Of a stretch of DNA of 48,353 nt, positions 24,504 through 36,260 are shown one piece after another. A program made the translations under genes and the position numbers. Position 1 is the first letter of the stretch; the number at the start of each line of letters is the position of its first letter. The notes under the pieces are model-generated. The model was not told the DNA's origin and ran no database searches. It saw only the letters and a program-made list of their open reading frames with translations. Source of the DNA: Priapulus caudatus (Eukaryota). The stretch spans positions 1 to 48,353 of the forward strand of contig NW_014577062.1 of the NCBI RefSeq assembly GCF_000485595.1, written 5' to 3'.

Positions 24504-26788
24504 GGGGCCGGATTCATCAACGTTGCGTAAAGTGTATTGCGTACACCGAGTTTCTACGAAGTACGTACGCAAAGCTCGTAGGTGCGATTCATCAACGCAG
24601 CGTAGCACCTGCGTACGCAAATGTTGATGAATTCCAGTGTAAATCCACTACGCCATCGTGGCTGCTGGCTGTTGAGGCGCGTGCCTAGCATAAACCAATC
24701 ACACTGTGCGACACATACCATAGGAACCAAACTGACGCCTCTCTTGTATTTAACCCATATGGCTCGTCTAGCTCTGTCTACATGTGTGTGTGTGTGGGGG
24801 GGGGATGTGATAGTGTCTTCATTTTCGTTTGTATGATTGCGTTCAACACTCATGAAAGCAGCGACACGTACACGTGCGTGCGTGTCGTTGCGTGCCGGTG
24901 CGGGTGCGTCGCGTGTCGCACGTGCACGTTGTCCGGTGTCGTCAGCGTTCGCGTGCGGTGCGTGCCATGTAGCACGTATGCGTGCGTCGGTGTGGTGCAC
25001 GTCACCACGTGCGGGTGGGGCACGTACACGTGCGTGGTGGTGTGTAGTACACAGTGGCCAACCGTGCGTGCGTGTGTACGTACACGTGCGTTGCGTGCGT
25101 CTGTTACGTACACGTGCCGTGCGTGCGTGCGTGCGTGCGTGTCTGCGGCTTGCGTGTTCACGTACACGTGCGCGATGGGAGTGCGTTGTACGGACACGGC
25201 CCGTGCCGTGCGTGCGTTTTGCAGTCACGTGCTGTGTGTGACGGTACACGTGCAGTGGTGCCGTACGTGACATGTGCACGTGTGCGTGTGCCGTGCGTGG
25301 CTATGTTGCACGTCGTGCGTGCAGTACGCCTCCGTGTGTGTGCACGTACACGTGCTACCCCCGAGCAACGTCTCTGCCGCGACGTGCACGTGCGGTGCTG
25401 TGGTGCACGTCCGTCGCGTGGCGGGTTGTGCCACGCTACACTCGTGGCGTCGGCGTGCGGGTGCACGTAACACGTGCGTGCATGCTGCTACGTTACACGC
25501 GCCGTGCTGGGCATGCACGTACACGTGCAGCACGTGCCCCGCCGTACATGTGCACGTGCAGCTCGCGTGTGGTCGGTTGCGACGGTACAGCGTACGGTGC
25601 GTATCACTACCACTACTGTGCGTGTTGCACGTACACGTGTGGTTGCCGTCGCCGTGTGGTTCCCCGTACCACGGGGCGTGGGCCTGGCTCTGCCGGTGGT
25701 CTGGCGGATTGTGCACGTGGGCGGTGGGCGTGCGTGGCGTGTGCACGTACACGTGCGCGTGTGTACGTACACGTGCGTGCGTACCTGCGTCGGCGACGTA
25801 CACGTTGCGTGCGTCGTGCGTGCGTGCGTTGTGTGCACGTCACGTGCGTGCGTGCGTGCTGGTTTGTACCGTACCACGCGGCGCGCGTGCGTTGCCGTGC
25901 GTGCACTACACCGTGCGTGCCGTGCGTGCATGTGCATGTGCTGTAGCGTGTCGCTGTGCACGTACCACGTACGTGCGCTGGCACGTACACGTGCCCGTGC
26001 CGTGGCGTGTGTCGTACACAAGCGTGACGTGCGCGTGTGCCACGCTAAACGTGCGTGTGTGATTGTGCACGTGTGCGTGCGTGCATGTGCACGTACACGT
26101 GCGTGCGTGCGTGTGCACGTACACGTGCGTGCGTGCGTGTGTACGTACACGTGCGTGCGTGCGTGTGTGCGTGCCTGTCACGTACACGTGCGTGCGTGTG
26201 TACGTACACGTGCGTGCGTGCGTATGCACGTACACGTGCGTGCGTGCGTGTGCACGTACATATGCGTGCGTGCATGCGTGTGTACGTACACGGGCGTGCG
26301 TGCGTGTGCACGTACACGTGCGTACGTGCTTGTGCACGTGTGCGTGCGTGCGTGCGTGTGCACGTACACGGCTAACTACGAACTCGCTTATAACGAAAAC
26401 AATGCCAAGCTATGACAAAAGCAAGGACAAAAGAAGCGTCAAAGGCGCCGCCTGTCTGTGTAGTATGGTAATTATTTATTTATTTCTAGTTGAGTAGTAA
26501 TTTTATAATGTTTTCTCAATAAAATAATGTATGCTGCGGTATGCTGGAAACACCTGCGGAAATTTCGAGTGGTTTACGGCACCTCGTCAGCTTGTGTAAA
26601 GTTACGCAAAGGTTTACGTAAATTTTAGCTTGATGAATCGTACCTAAATCGCCCTCGCTTGCGTACGCGAAATCGTGCGCAAATTTACTAAATAGCTGTG
26701 TTGATGAATCGCAACTAAGCAACGTCGATTGCGTACATAAGATTTATGCAAATTATTTTGCGTACGCAGCTTGATGAATCTACTCCCC
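24504..26788. mobile_element. Harbinger-like non-autonomous element with satellite-filled interior
   Basis: GGGGCCGGATTCATCAA on the left and TTGATGAATCTACTCCCC on the right; subterminal GATTCATCAA/TTGATGAATC repeats on both arms. TSD not resolved. Confidence 0.55.
24845..26370. repeat. Alternating purine-pyrimidine minisatellite (26-bp unit GTGCACGTACACGTGCGTGCGTGCGT)
   Basis: Regular from about 26065, degenerate or noisy before that; accounts for the many overlapping R/A/C/V/T/H ORFs. Confidence 0.93.
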
Positions 26789-27354
26789 CCCACCCCACCC
26801 ACAGTAGTGCAAAGCCGTCCGTTGGAACCAGCTGGTGACGTCATGGCCGCCATGTGTAATTTGAGTTCGTCGGGCAGGGTGTGTATTCGAGGGTCCCCGC
26901 GTTGAATAGTATTTTGATATATTATATTGTCTGTATGTGAATATTATGGAAGGAAATTCTGTATCATCAAACTCAATTTCAGTGGAACCCATTGAAGGGT
27001 TTAAAAAGCAGGTGAGTTGCTATTATGTAAGGATCCAATGTAATTTAGATGCTATATCTTTTGGATAACTGTCATGTCGCCCGTCCATACTGAGGTGTTT
27101 TGGAGTGGTGGAGATCCCCACGATCTCTTGAAATCGCGCATGTACATTATGATAATATTTACTAAGGTGGTATTGCATGGATAAAATCTTGAAGGCAATT
27201 AGGCCTACTGTTATTTTCTGGCTTCTGTGTATACTATTGGTTCCGCGAGGCCAGACCGTCTAGATATTAAGTATATTCATTGAGTAATTGCGATAAGTTG
27301 ATGATTTTCGGTCAGCTTGAATCTTGCTGTGTATAGTAGTAGTACGCCGTGTAC

Positions 27355-27610
27355 GGCTCATAGGGTCTATGTCCCCCGGGGTACTGCCGGAACGTACCCT
27401 GGTACTATCTAATATGCCGTACCGTACCTCGCCTACTCCACTAACGAGTCTAGGGAGTCGCCTACGCCTACTCCCTAACCCTAACCCTAACCCTAATCCT
27501 AACCCTAACCATATCAAATACTGAATAGTGACCAGGGTACGTTCCGGTATACCGGACCGTACCCAGGGTACGTTCCGGCAGTACCCTGGGGGACATAGAC
27601 CCTATGAGCT
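27355..27610. mobile_element. MITE of the GGCTCATAGGGTCTATGTCCCC family with internal (TAACCC)n
   Basis: Complete inverted ends. Related copies or halves at about 8480-8915, 19090-19256, 27665-27780, 29784-29842, 30378-30430 and 30706-30892. Confidence 0.85.
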
Positions 27611-27782
27611 ATAGTACGTGTACATATGTCACTGTTTCCACTGTTACTGTTGCTCATACTCATACTCATAGGGTCTATGTCCCCCAGGGTATTGCCGGAA
27701 CGTGCCCTGGGTACGGTCCGGTATACCGGAACGTACCCTGGTCACTATTTGATATGGTTAGTGTTAGGGTTAGGGTTCGGGT

Positions 27783-27942
27783 GGTTCAAGGATAGAGAAC
27801 ATGGGTCCCAATAAAACCAATGTCATTTACATCAATGTTATTGATTATATTGATTATATTTTTGGTTATGGTTAGGGTTAAGGTCAGGGTGTTAGCCAAG
27901 CACATTGGTTTTATTGGGACCCATGTTCTCTATCATTGGGCC
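27783..27942. mobile_element. Short MITE with TTAGGG-like core
   Basis: gatagagaacatgggtcccaataaaaccaatgt / acattggttttattgggacccatgttctctatc, a 33-bp perfect inverted pair. Confidence 0.75.
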
Positions 27943-28126
27943 GTTAGGGTTAGGGTTAGGGTTTTTGCATCATTCCTTGATATACGGAAAGTCTGTGCAT
28001 CAGTTGATGATATACAGAAATCTTACTGACTAGTAATTGCACAATAATGTTGAAGACTCATCATTATGATTATGACTCATCATTAATGATTGAGGTAATC
28101 TATCAATAATCAAACACTGTAATATT

Positions 28127-29022
28127 AACTAGAAATGAGCAGTTGTCGCCAACTACATGTATCCCCCGTGATCTAGTATGAATAGAATATCTATGTAAGG
28201 ACGTAGAAGGCAGGTAAAGTTAAATAAGTCACAAAGACAAAGGTTTGTTAGACAACTGGTGTGCCCGATGTGTATACTTTGGAATCTGGTTACCCTAGAA
28301 GGTCCGAAGAGGAAATGTAAACCGTCGACTAGTTTGACCTTCAGGTCAAGGGCAGTGGTGGTTTTGGTATGCGATGCGACAGACCTTTTCCCCAAGATGT
28401 GTAAGCAATACCAAGTTTGGTCGCGCTAGGTCAATTAGGGGCTGAGTTAGAGAGCGGAAGGGAAATATGATCAAGGTCAAGGTAAAGGTGAAATAAAGGT
28501 CGCAGTGACCTGGTGGGCAGTTTTTACCCGATCTCGGATGATGTTCAAATTTGGCATGAAGGTGCGTTATGGTAAAGCGAAGACGCCAATCGTTTTTGGT
28601 GTGGGCGGAGTCATCGTTGCTATGGTAACAACATTTTTGTGGAAATATTGTAGACCCTGTAACTTCTGCTGTTTTTACCCGATTGTCATGGAATTTGGCA
28701 CACAGGGCCGATATAACATGTCCTATATATATATATATATATATATATTTGAATATAAATTTAAATATAAATTTTAATACAAATATAAATTTCATGACAA
28801 TCGGGTAAAAAGTGCAGAAGTTACAGGTTCTAGAATATTTCGACAAAAAATGTTACCATGGCAACAATGACTCCGCCCACACCAAAAAAGATTGGCACCT
28901 TCATGCGAAATTTGAAGATGATCCGAGAAGAACTGCAGCCGGTAGAGCGTTCACAAGGAAATCTCTGCGGCGGCGGCGGCGCGCCGATGCCAAACCCATA
29001 GTATCCCTCGAACGAATACAAT
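28127..29022 (-). mobile_element. Second HINE-like family with an internal long inverted repeat
   Basis: aactag...agttgtcgccaact stem-loop plus GTATCCC at the left; (CGG)n and catagtatccc at the right; arms about 28540-28700 and 28785-28925 are inverted around an AT tract. Confidence 0.55.
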
Positions 29023-29737
29023 TATGCCACTACCAGTGGCCACTGCCAGTGCATGTGGTGGTGATAGTATGGTGTAGTTTTTGCCTGCGTTAATTAGTTA
29101 CAGGTGGCAGCTCTTTATTTCAGCCTGTAGGCTTGCGTAGGTAAATGGATGAGTGCTTACCTATTCTGTCTTGCAAATAGTTGTTGCTATACTACGTACG
29201 ATGGAAGCTTCCAGCTTCCATCTTTAATCTTAAGACATTCAAACGTACGCGCCATCTCGTGGCAACTTTCATAACGATCCCAACGAAAATTTCTTCGAGA
29301 AGGTTCCTGATACCATCCCAGTGTTCGAAATAAGGGCTATCCGTTTGTCCGTACTTGTCCATTTCCACGGAGGACAAGTAGATCTGTCAGGTAGCTTGTC
29401 CGCCGGACAAGCAGCTTTTTAGAGCAATTTTTTATAATTTTCTACCATCGCTCGCGGCTGCTGGGAAACCTGAGTTAACATAGTATAAACATGGGCTGTC
29501 GGAGTGCCACCCGAATTATCATATAGTATAAACATTTATGTGAAGTTATATAAAAACGTTACCGCCTTGCTAGCGCCACGAAACGGTCTTGCTAGGGTTA
29601 GAAACCCATCAGACAATCAGTCTGATAGACAATCAGACATCTGTATAGACAATCAGCCGTACAGCCTCGTCCGGCAGCGCTACCGCCTCGAGAAAGAGAG
29701 AAATTGAGAGTGAGAGAGAGAGAGAGAGCGCGAGAGA

Positions 29738-29773
<36 letters not shown>

Positions 29774-29904
29774 NNNNNNNNNNTATCAGATAGTTACCAG
29801 GGTACGTTCCGGCAGTACCCTAGGGGACATAGACCCTATGAGCATCAGTAACGCACGAAGTTTTGTTGTCGTATAGGGTACTACATATATGTACCCGAGG
29901 TAAC

Positions 29905-30252
29905 CACAGGCACTTGGAGCGTTTCAATACAATATAATGCTAAATAAATACGAAATCTATTTACTACCAAAGTCTTAATGTTTCTATACTCTTTCACCTA
30001 TTATTGCCGACAATTTCCTGTAAATGCCTAAATATATATAAATATATATATATAAGTGACAGTGTGCAGCGGCAGCAATGGCGCTTGGCGGCAGTCAGTG
30101 TTTGTTGTAGATGAGCATTTGGACGGCATTTAAAGGAAATTGTCGGCAATAATAGGTGAAAGAGAGTATAGAAACATTAAGACTTTGGTAGTAAATAGAT
30201 TTCGTATTTATTTAGCATTATATTTTATTGAAACGCTCCAAGTGCCTGTGGA
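29905..30252. mobile_element. MITE with about 125-bp TIRs
   Basis: ccacaggcacttggagcgtttcaata...caatttcct and its reverse complement at about 30133-30251; related sequence at about 19265-19845. Confidence 0.8.
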
Positions 30253-30705
30253 GGTAATTAACTATCTGATATGGTTAGGGTTAATAGGGTTAGGGTTAGA
30301 GTACCCTATACGACAACGAACCCTTCAGCATCAGTAACAGATACTGCGGCTGGAGTGGAGTAAGTACCAAGTAGTGTGGCTGATAGGGTCTATGTCCCTC
30401 AGGGTACTATCGGAGGGTACCCTGGGTATGGTTCGATATATCGGAAAGTACGTACCTCGGGGTACTATACGATATGTCGCTGCGTACCCTGCATTGTCCC
30501 ACCGTACCCTGACTTTCAGCCAACTGATGTCGTAATACATACACTCTGTCAAGTTACCACATCACATAGAAGAAACCTCAAAACATCGCAATCCAATAAA
30601 AATGTATGCTATGTTTGACTATTTTTCTTTTTCCTTTTTTTTAAACGAAGAGCTAGCTTTTATATTTTGGTTTTACAACATCGGAAATACATCGGTTACA
30701 AGTCA

Positions 30706-30892
30706 GGCTCGTAGGGTCTATGTCCCCCAGGGTACTATCGGAACGTACCCTGGTAACTATCTGATAGGGTTAGGGAGTAGGCGTAGGCGACTCCCTAGAC
30801 TCTTTAGTGGAGTAGGCGAGGTACGGTCCGGCATATTAGATAGTACCAGGGTACCCTCCGATAGTACCCTTTGGGGGACATAGACCTTATTA
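30706..30892. mobile_element. MITE of the GGGTCTATGTCCCC family
   Basis: Both inverted ends present; interior matches 27355-27610 in reverse orientation. Confidence 0.8.
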
Positions 30893-31200
30893 GCGGTAGT
30901 GTGCTCGATCCTTCATAGACGTGTTAGATGTGCGAGATGTGTATTGATAACACGATAGATGCGGCATTGCAAATGTATGACATAAAATCACATTTTTCAT
31001 CTACACGTACAGCAGTGCATGTATACATCTAGTTATATATAGTTATACCACATATAATATACATAGATTATTAGTAAGTATTGCACGAAGGGTTGTTGTC
31101 GTATCAGGTACTACATATATGTACCCAATGTAGTTTTAGGTTGTTTAGTATTATGTTTATATTTTTATATGAGGTATGTTTAGGGATCTAAGTCTGGTCA

Positions 31201-32798
31201 TAGCTCTCGAACTATAGCCCTTCGCTCCGGCACAGGTGTGCAGAGCAAAGGGCTATATAGTTCTAGAGCTAATTAAGTCTGTTCACTGCTTTCACCATCA
31301 TGAGTCGTCTTCAAAGAATCCCTTAAATTTAGCCTTTTTGTTTCTGTCATACAATAATGTTACAATATTAAACTTATCTTCGTTCTCTAGTTAGGTGCAT
31401 CATTCTATTGGTTTAATCAACCTTGACTCTCTCCTTCGGTATAGTCCTGTGAGCTTATTTTACGAAATGGGGTTAGCCGCTAGAAACAGTTGCCGCTGGA
31501 GGGCAGCACATCTGCAGAGGTGAAGATTATCCGCGTACCCAGATGCACACCCGGGATAGAGTGGGGGAAGTGGGTGTTTTTATTCTTTTGTGTGTGCTGA
31601 GGAGTTATGTAATATGTTTATTGAGATACACTGTGATATTAGTGGTGCATATGTGAAGTGGGTGTTTATTCTTTTGTGTGTGCTGAGGAGTTATGTAATA
31701 TGTTTATTGAGATTCATGTATGTATGTAGGTACATGTATGACCTGCAGAAGAGCCCCCTACTGTCGTACACCACCTATATTCGCGCTGACAATATATATG
31801 CGTGGGTGCATGGGTGTGCACGTCCACGTGTGTGCGTGCGTGCGTGCGTGTGCACGTACAAGTGTGTGCGTGCGTGTGGTCATACATGTACGTGCATGCG
31901 TACGTGTGTGCTTGCGTGCGTGCGTATAAACGTACAGGTGCGTGAATGCGTGCGTATGTACGTGCGGGCGTGCGTGTGCATGCACGTACAAGTGCGTGCG
32001 TGCGTGCGTGTGGTCATACATGTACGTGCATGCGTGGGTGTGCAGGCTTCACACGTGTGTGCGTGTGTGCATGCGTGTGCACGTCCACGTGTATGGGTGC
32101 GTGCGTGTGCACGTACATGTGCGCACGTACAAGTGTGTGCGTGCGTGTGTGCGTGCGTGCGTGCGTGCATGCGTACGTGTGCGCTTGCGTCCATATGTGA
32201 AGTGGGTGTTTATTCTTTTGTGTGCTGAGGAGTTGTGTAATATGTTTAAATTGAGATTCACGGTGATATTAGTGGTGCATATGTGAAGTGGGTGTTGATT
32301 CTTTTGTGTGTGCTCAGGAGTTATGTAATATGTTTATTGAGATTATTAATGCTACAAAGACTCAAGTTGCAATACAAATTATGTATATCTTTATTTATAA
32401 ATGCAGCCATTTACTACAGACACTAGCATTACTGCTGACAATAGCTCGGCCTAAAGTTGGAAATCAATGAAGCACACCTTAACAATTCTTCCACCGAGAG
32501 AAATCTTCTGATGGGGCAGGTCTCTTTTAATATTTTAAATGTCTTGCTTAGAGTCAGACCAATGACCCTTTCTACATGAATCCTCTTAGATGCGATACGT
32601 CTATCCCTAACAACTGTCTCTGCATTAAGTTGGGATTTTCCTTTGAGCATTGAGCGTGCGTTTACATGCACATTACAGCGTCAACCTTAAGTCTCTTTCT
32701 TTCGTCTAAAAATAAGACATATTTAAGCAAACGTTAATGAAAATATATTATCAAAAAAATGCGTGGTGGCAACGAAAGGCTATAGCACTCGAGAGCTA
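31201..32798 (-). mobile_element. Decayed ISL2EU/Harbinger-group DNA transposon
   Basis: Inverted ends TAGCTCTCGAACTATAGCCCTTCG / CGAAAGGCTATAGCACTCGAGAGCTA enclose a DDE transposase fragment, four about 65-bp direct repeats and an RY tract (31795-32195). Confidence 0.6.
32450..32650 (-). pseudogene. DDE_Tnp_4-type transposase C-terminal fragment
   Basis: LKGKSQLNAETVVRDRRIASKRIHVERVIGL..KTFKIL matches the R.HVER.IG..K.F.IL catalytic-Glu motif of Harbinger/ISL2EU transposases; truncated. Confidence 0.8.
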
Positions 32799-32888
32799 AT
32801 CTCAATATAACAATAATAAAACATGTAGAATAAATGCCGGTGATTAATATAGCCGAGTGTCTGTGTGTATAATTAACGTGATTAATAT

Positions 32889-34015
32889 TGTAACGCCCCT
32901 ATACGGGTACAGGGGGCTAAAATGGTAAAAGATGGGAAGAACACAATTACTTGGTTGTGAAAATGGCGTCAGCATGTGGAATGACTTTTATTACTCTCAT
33001 AATCGTCACCATTACCAAAACATTCATAATCATACAGAGTAATAAATATACAAACAGTCATGAACCTCAAAGTAACAAGAACTTGTTTATGTTTTAGTCT
33101 TAAATTGACCAATAAATCAAACTAATGACATAAACTACAATCTTTTCATATACTAGGCTTCCTCCTAATTAAGTTCTATTCACGACACCATTAAGGTATT
33201 AATGCTTCTATATGCATTCGTAATAAGTCTTATTCCTGAACTAATCCGAAAATAAACCGATTTAAATTACAGTGTGAACGCAGCTCACATTCTAATAATA
33301 CATATCAAATCACTGTAATTATCACATATCACAATCACATATCAAATCACATATCAAATCAAATTACTATCTATTCACCATGTATCATATACAGTAACTC
33401 GCGTTATATCCATGTTATCATACATGGCATGGCTATAATTATAGAGAGTGGATGCATGTGATTCAACCATTACAACCTATAAAAAAATGAACATTACTGA
33501 AGTTTAAAAACCCTACCTTATTATATACCTGTTACTTTTAAACTACCTTCAATATCTCCATCACTAATCATAAACCAATTACTATGTGAACACATAAGTA
33601 AGTAGTAACACTACAGTAACACAACTACAGTACGCAAGTACAACTACATCCTACATACAGTACACAACAGTAATACTATCTGCACTAGCTACAACTCCGT
33701 TCTGAATGTATTTCTCTCTCAAATTATCTCTTACTTGTGAAATAACATATCAATCATAATCTCAAAAGTGTCACTCATAAACATTCTTATAGCCAAATCA
33801 TTCATTATATAAAAGTAACTCTAAAATGGTAAAAGATGGGAAGAACACAATTACTTGGTTGTGAAAATGGCGTCAGCATGTGGAATGACCACAATCACAC
33901 ACTACTCATTGTTCTCTCATCTCGAGTCTCTGGACTCTTCCATTTTTTCCGGGGGTTAGGTTACTTTCCCATTGCGCATTAAATAAACAAAAATGGGGGG
34001 GTCATAATTGTCACA
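32889..34015 (-). mobile_element. Probable solo LTR (Gypsy-like)
   Basis: Minus strand starts TGTGACA and ends GGGGCGTTACA, with AATAAA about 100 nt before the end. Internal 68-bp direct repeat (about 32917 and 33821). Flanks ATAT/GTAT form an imperfect TSD. Confidence 0.55.
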
Positions 34016-35605
34016 GTATTCGATTGATCTCGTTTGTATTCGCCCAGATGCGCCGCCACCTAACTGAGTGGCTTTGTTTTTAGAGCAGTTACTTGCGAGC
34101 AGTTGCGAGCCAGCATGTACACCAGTTTGCCGTGAATATACTTGCGCTTGTCGTAACGTTATACCGCTCCTTGTGTTGTCATTTAATAAGCATCACACTA
34201 TCACAATAATCAAACAGACAAAACAAACAAGTCTGTCTGATCAGGATTACAATATGGCTATATTGTACCAATTGGTACAATTGGTGGTAATACATTACTA
34301 TATGGTATGTTAGTCGCAAGTAAATTTATACACTGATTCGGTACCTGATACCGATTCGGATTCGAATTTCGGATTCGAAGAAAGAAGAGAGCGGCAGTTA
34401 ATGTAAGCGGCAGTAATGAAAGTCGAAAAGTCTCACTCTTTCATTCTATTCTTCCTAAAATTCTCGAGCTGCTCGCTGGCAGCTATGGATCGTGCCCGGC
34501 CTACGCACTCGGCACACGGATCCATAGCTGCCAGCGCTGCATACTGTCGTACGACGTTCCCGCGGTCCGCGTGCGCCTTGCCGCGAACTGCGCGCAAGAT
34601 CTGCTGCTCAGCGCTTCGGATCAACACCTCCTTTCGGGCAACGCTTCTCTAGTATCCCGTCTCATCTGGATTATTTACCAATTACCAGCTGAACTTGCCA
34701 CTGGCATTGTCCTATATAATTATACTGCTCTGTAGCCGATAAATGCTGTCAATGATAACACTAACAGTTGTTTTTATAATCTAGACTGCATGGAATACGC
34801 AAGAAACTACTGCAAACCCGCAAAGTCAAAATGAGCTAAACTAATGTTTATAAGCTATTTTCGATATTACACTTACTTAAAAGTGTGCTAGTATAGTCAG
34901 CCTCTCTGAAGTGATCGCTGCAGACTTTACGAAGCATTTTAACTTGGTTATATCGCTATGACGATACGATCGGCTATTCATGATTCCTGTATCTTTCCAA
35001 CTGACGCGTTGATTGCGCAATCGTTGTAACACCTCTAACTCCCGCTGCGCCACCTGCTGACAAAGCTAGCGGCTAACCCCATTGCAAGGTTACATATATA
35101 TATATATATGGTGTTTATCCATGTGCATATTGTTTTTGCACAGTGACTATAATATTGCAAAACTGTACTAGTGTAATAATTGATATATTATCACAAAATC
35201 ATGTACAGATCTAAAAATGTTTTGTAAAATGAGGCAAAACTGTTCATCGTTCTGTGATGAACAGATAAAATATATATAAATAATTTTTTTACGCTCGCTA
35301 CGCTCACCATGGGTGCCCATATTAAGCAGCCAGATTAGTCACTGCTCATAATTTTTATCTTGGCAGATCCTTGGCTAAGTTGGCTTGCTAGTGGAGCATT
35401 TACATAATTGTAGCTATATGACCTACCTCATCATTGCAGGCTACAATTTTTTATCTCTGGTTCATGCTGGAAACCCGGTAATTAGAACAAACCTGAGTTT
35501 CGACAAGTTTTTTCCAAAAATTCGACATTGGTGCGGCAATGGTGCCATTCACTAATGCATTGTTCTCTCAGTGTGACTATTATATGAAACATGTATCTTT
35601 TACAG

Positions 35606-35780
35606 ATCTGTGATGTTCTTCAGTCAACTTTCAGTCAGTTATCTAGCAGTGAGTTGCCTGCTGCATTAGCCTTTCTCAATGATGCCTTGAAGAATTACCA
35701 ATCAGTATTGGGGCAAAGTGATTCCGAGTTGGATCAGCAGCCGACTCCGCATGCCCTAAATGGCCATGCCTGCAATACAG
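35606..35780 (+). CDS. Upstream coding exon of the C2H2 zinc-finger gene
   Basis: ttttacag|ICDVLQSTFSQLSSSELPAALAFLNDALKNYQSVL...ACNT G|gtaat. The phase-1 donor joins in frame to the acceptor at 36260. Start codon unresolved. Confidence 0.7.
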
Positions 35781-36260
35781 GTAATATTGGTATGCTTGCC
35801 ATTTACGTTTAAAAGGTTCAAAGTGTGAGCATAACATAGCTGTCGTGGAGTTAGGTAGACCTGTACAAAACATCTCATTGCTGTAACTAACCATATGTCA
35901 GAAGCTCAGACTGGACTTTTGAGTGTGTAGGAAAAATATTAAAACGGTAATGCAGTGCTTTAAAACCTGGTTATGTTTATATATATATTTATATAGTTTT
36001 GTTTCTCTATATATATACTAGAGCATACATCCAAGATCTAGATCAAGAATCTAACACGAATTTGCTCAGTTGGGATGACTTCATATGTAAAATGCATTAT
36101 TATTGTGCTCCTTTTAAAACAATACATAATATTATATTGCTATAAAATGCACGAAATAATCTCTACTATTAGTATTATATCAGCCATGTGCACAACCTTC
36201 CATAATAGTGCCATCATACTCGATCCAATATGATATTTATACACAATGTTCCTTTTTCAG

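Noticed and set aside
24554..26497. Many long overlapping ORFs (up to 313 aa)
   Set aside because: Stop-free by-product of the CGTG/CACG satellite; low-complexity translations in all frames.
31590..32286. ORFs of up to 212 aa
   Set aside because: Same RY-repeat artefact, flanked by non-coding direct repeats.
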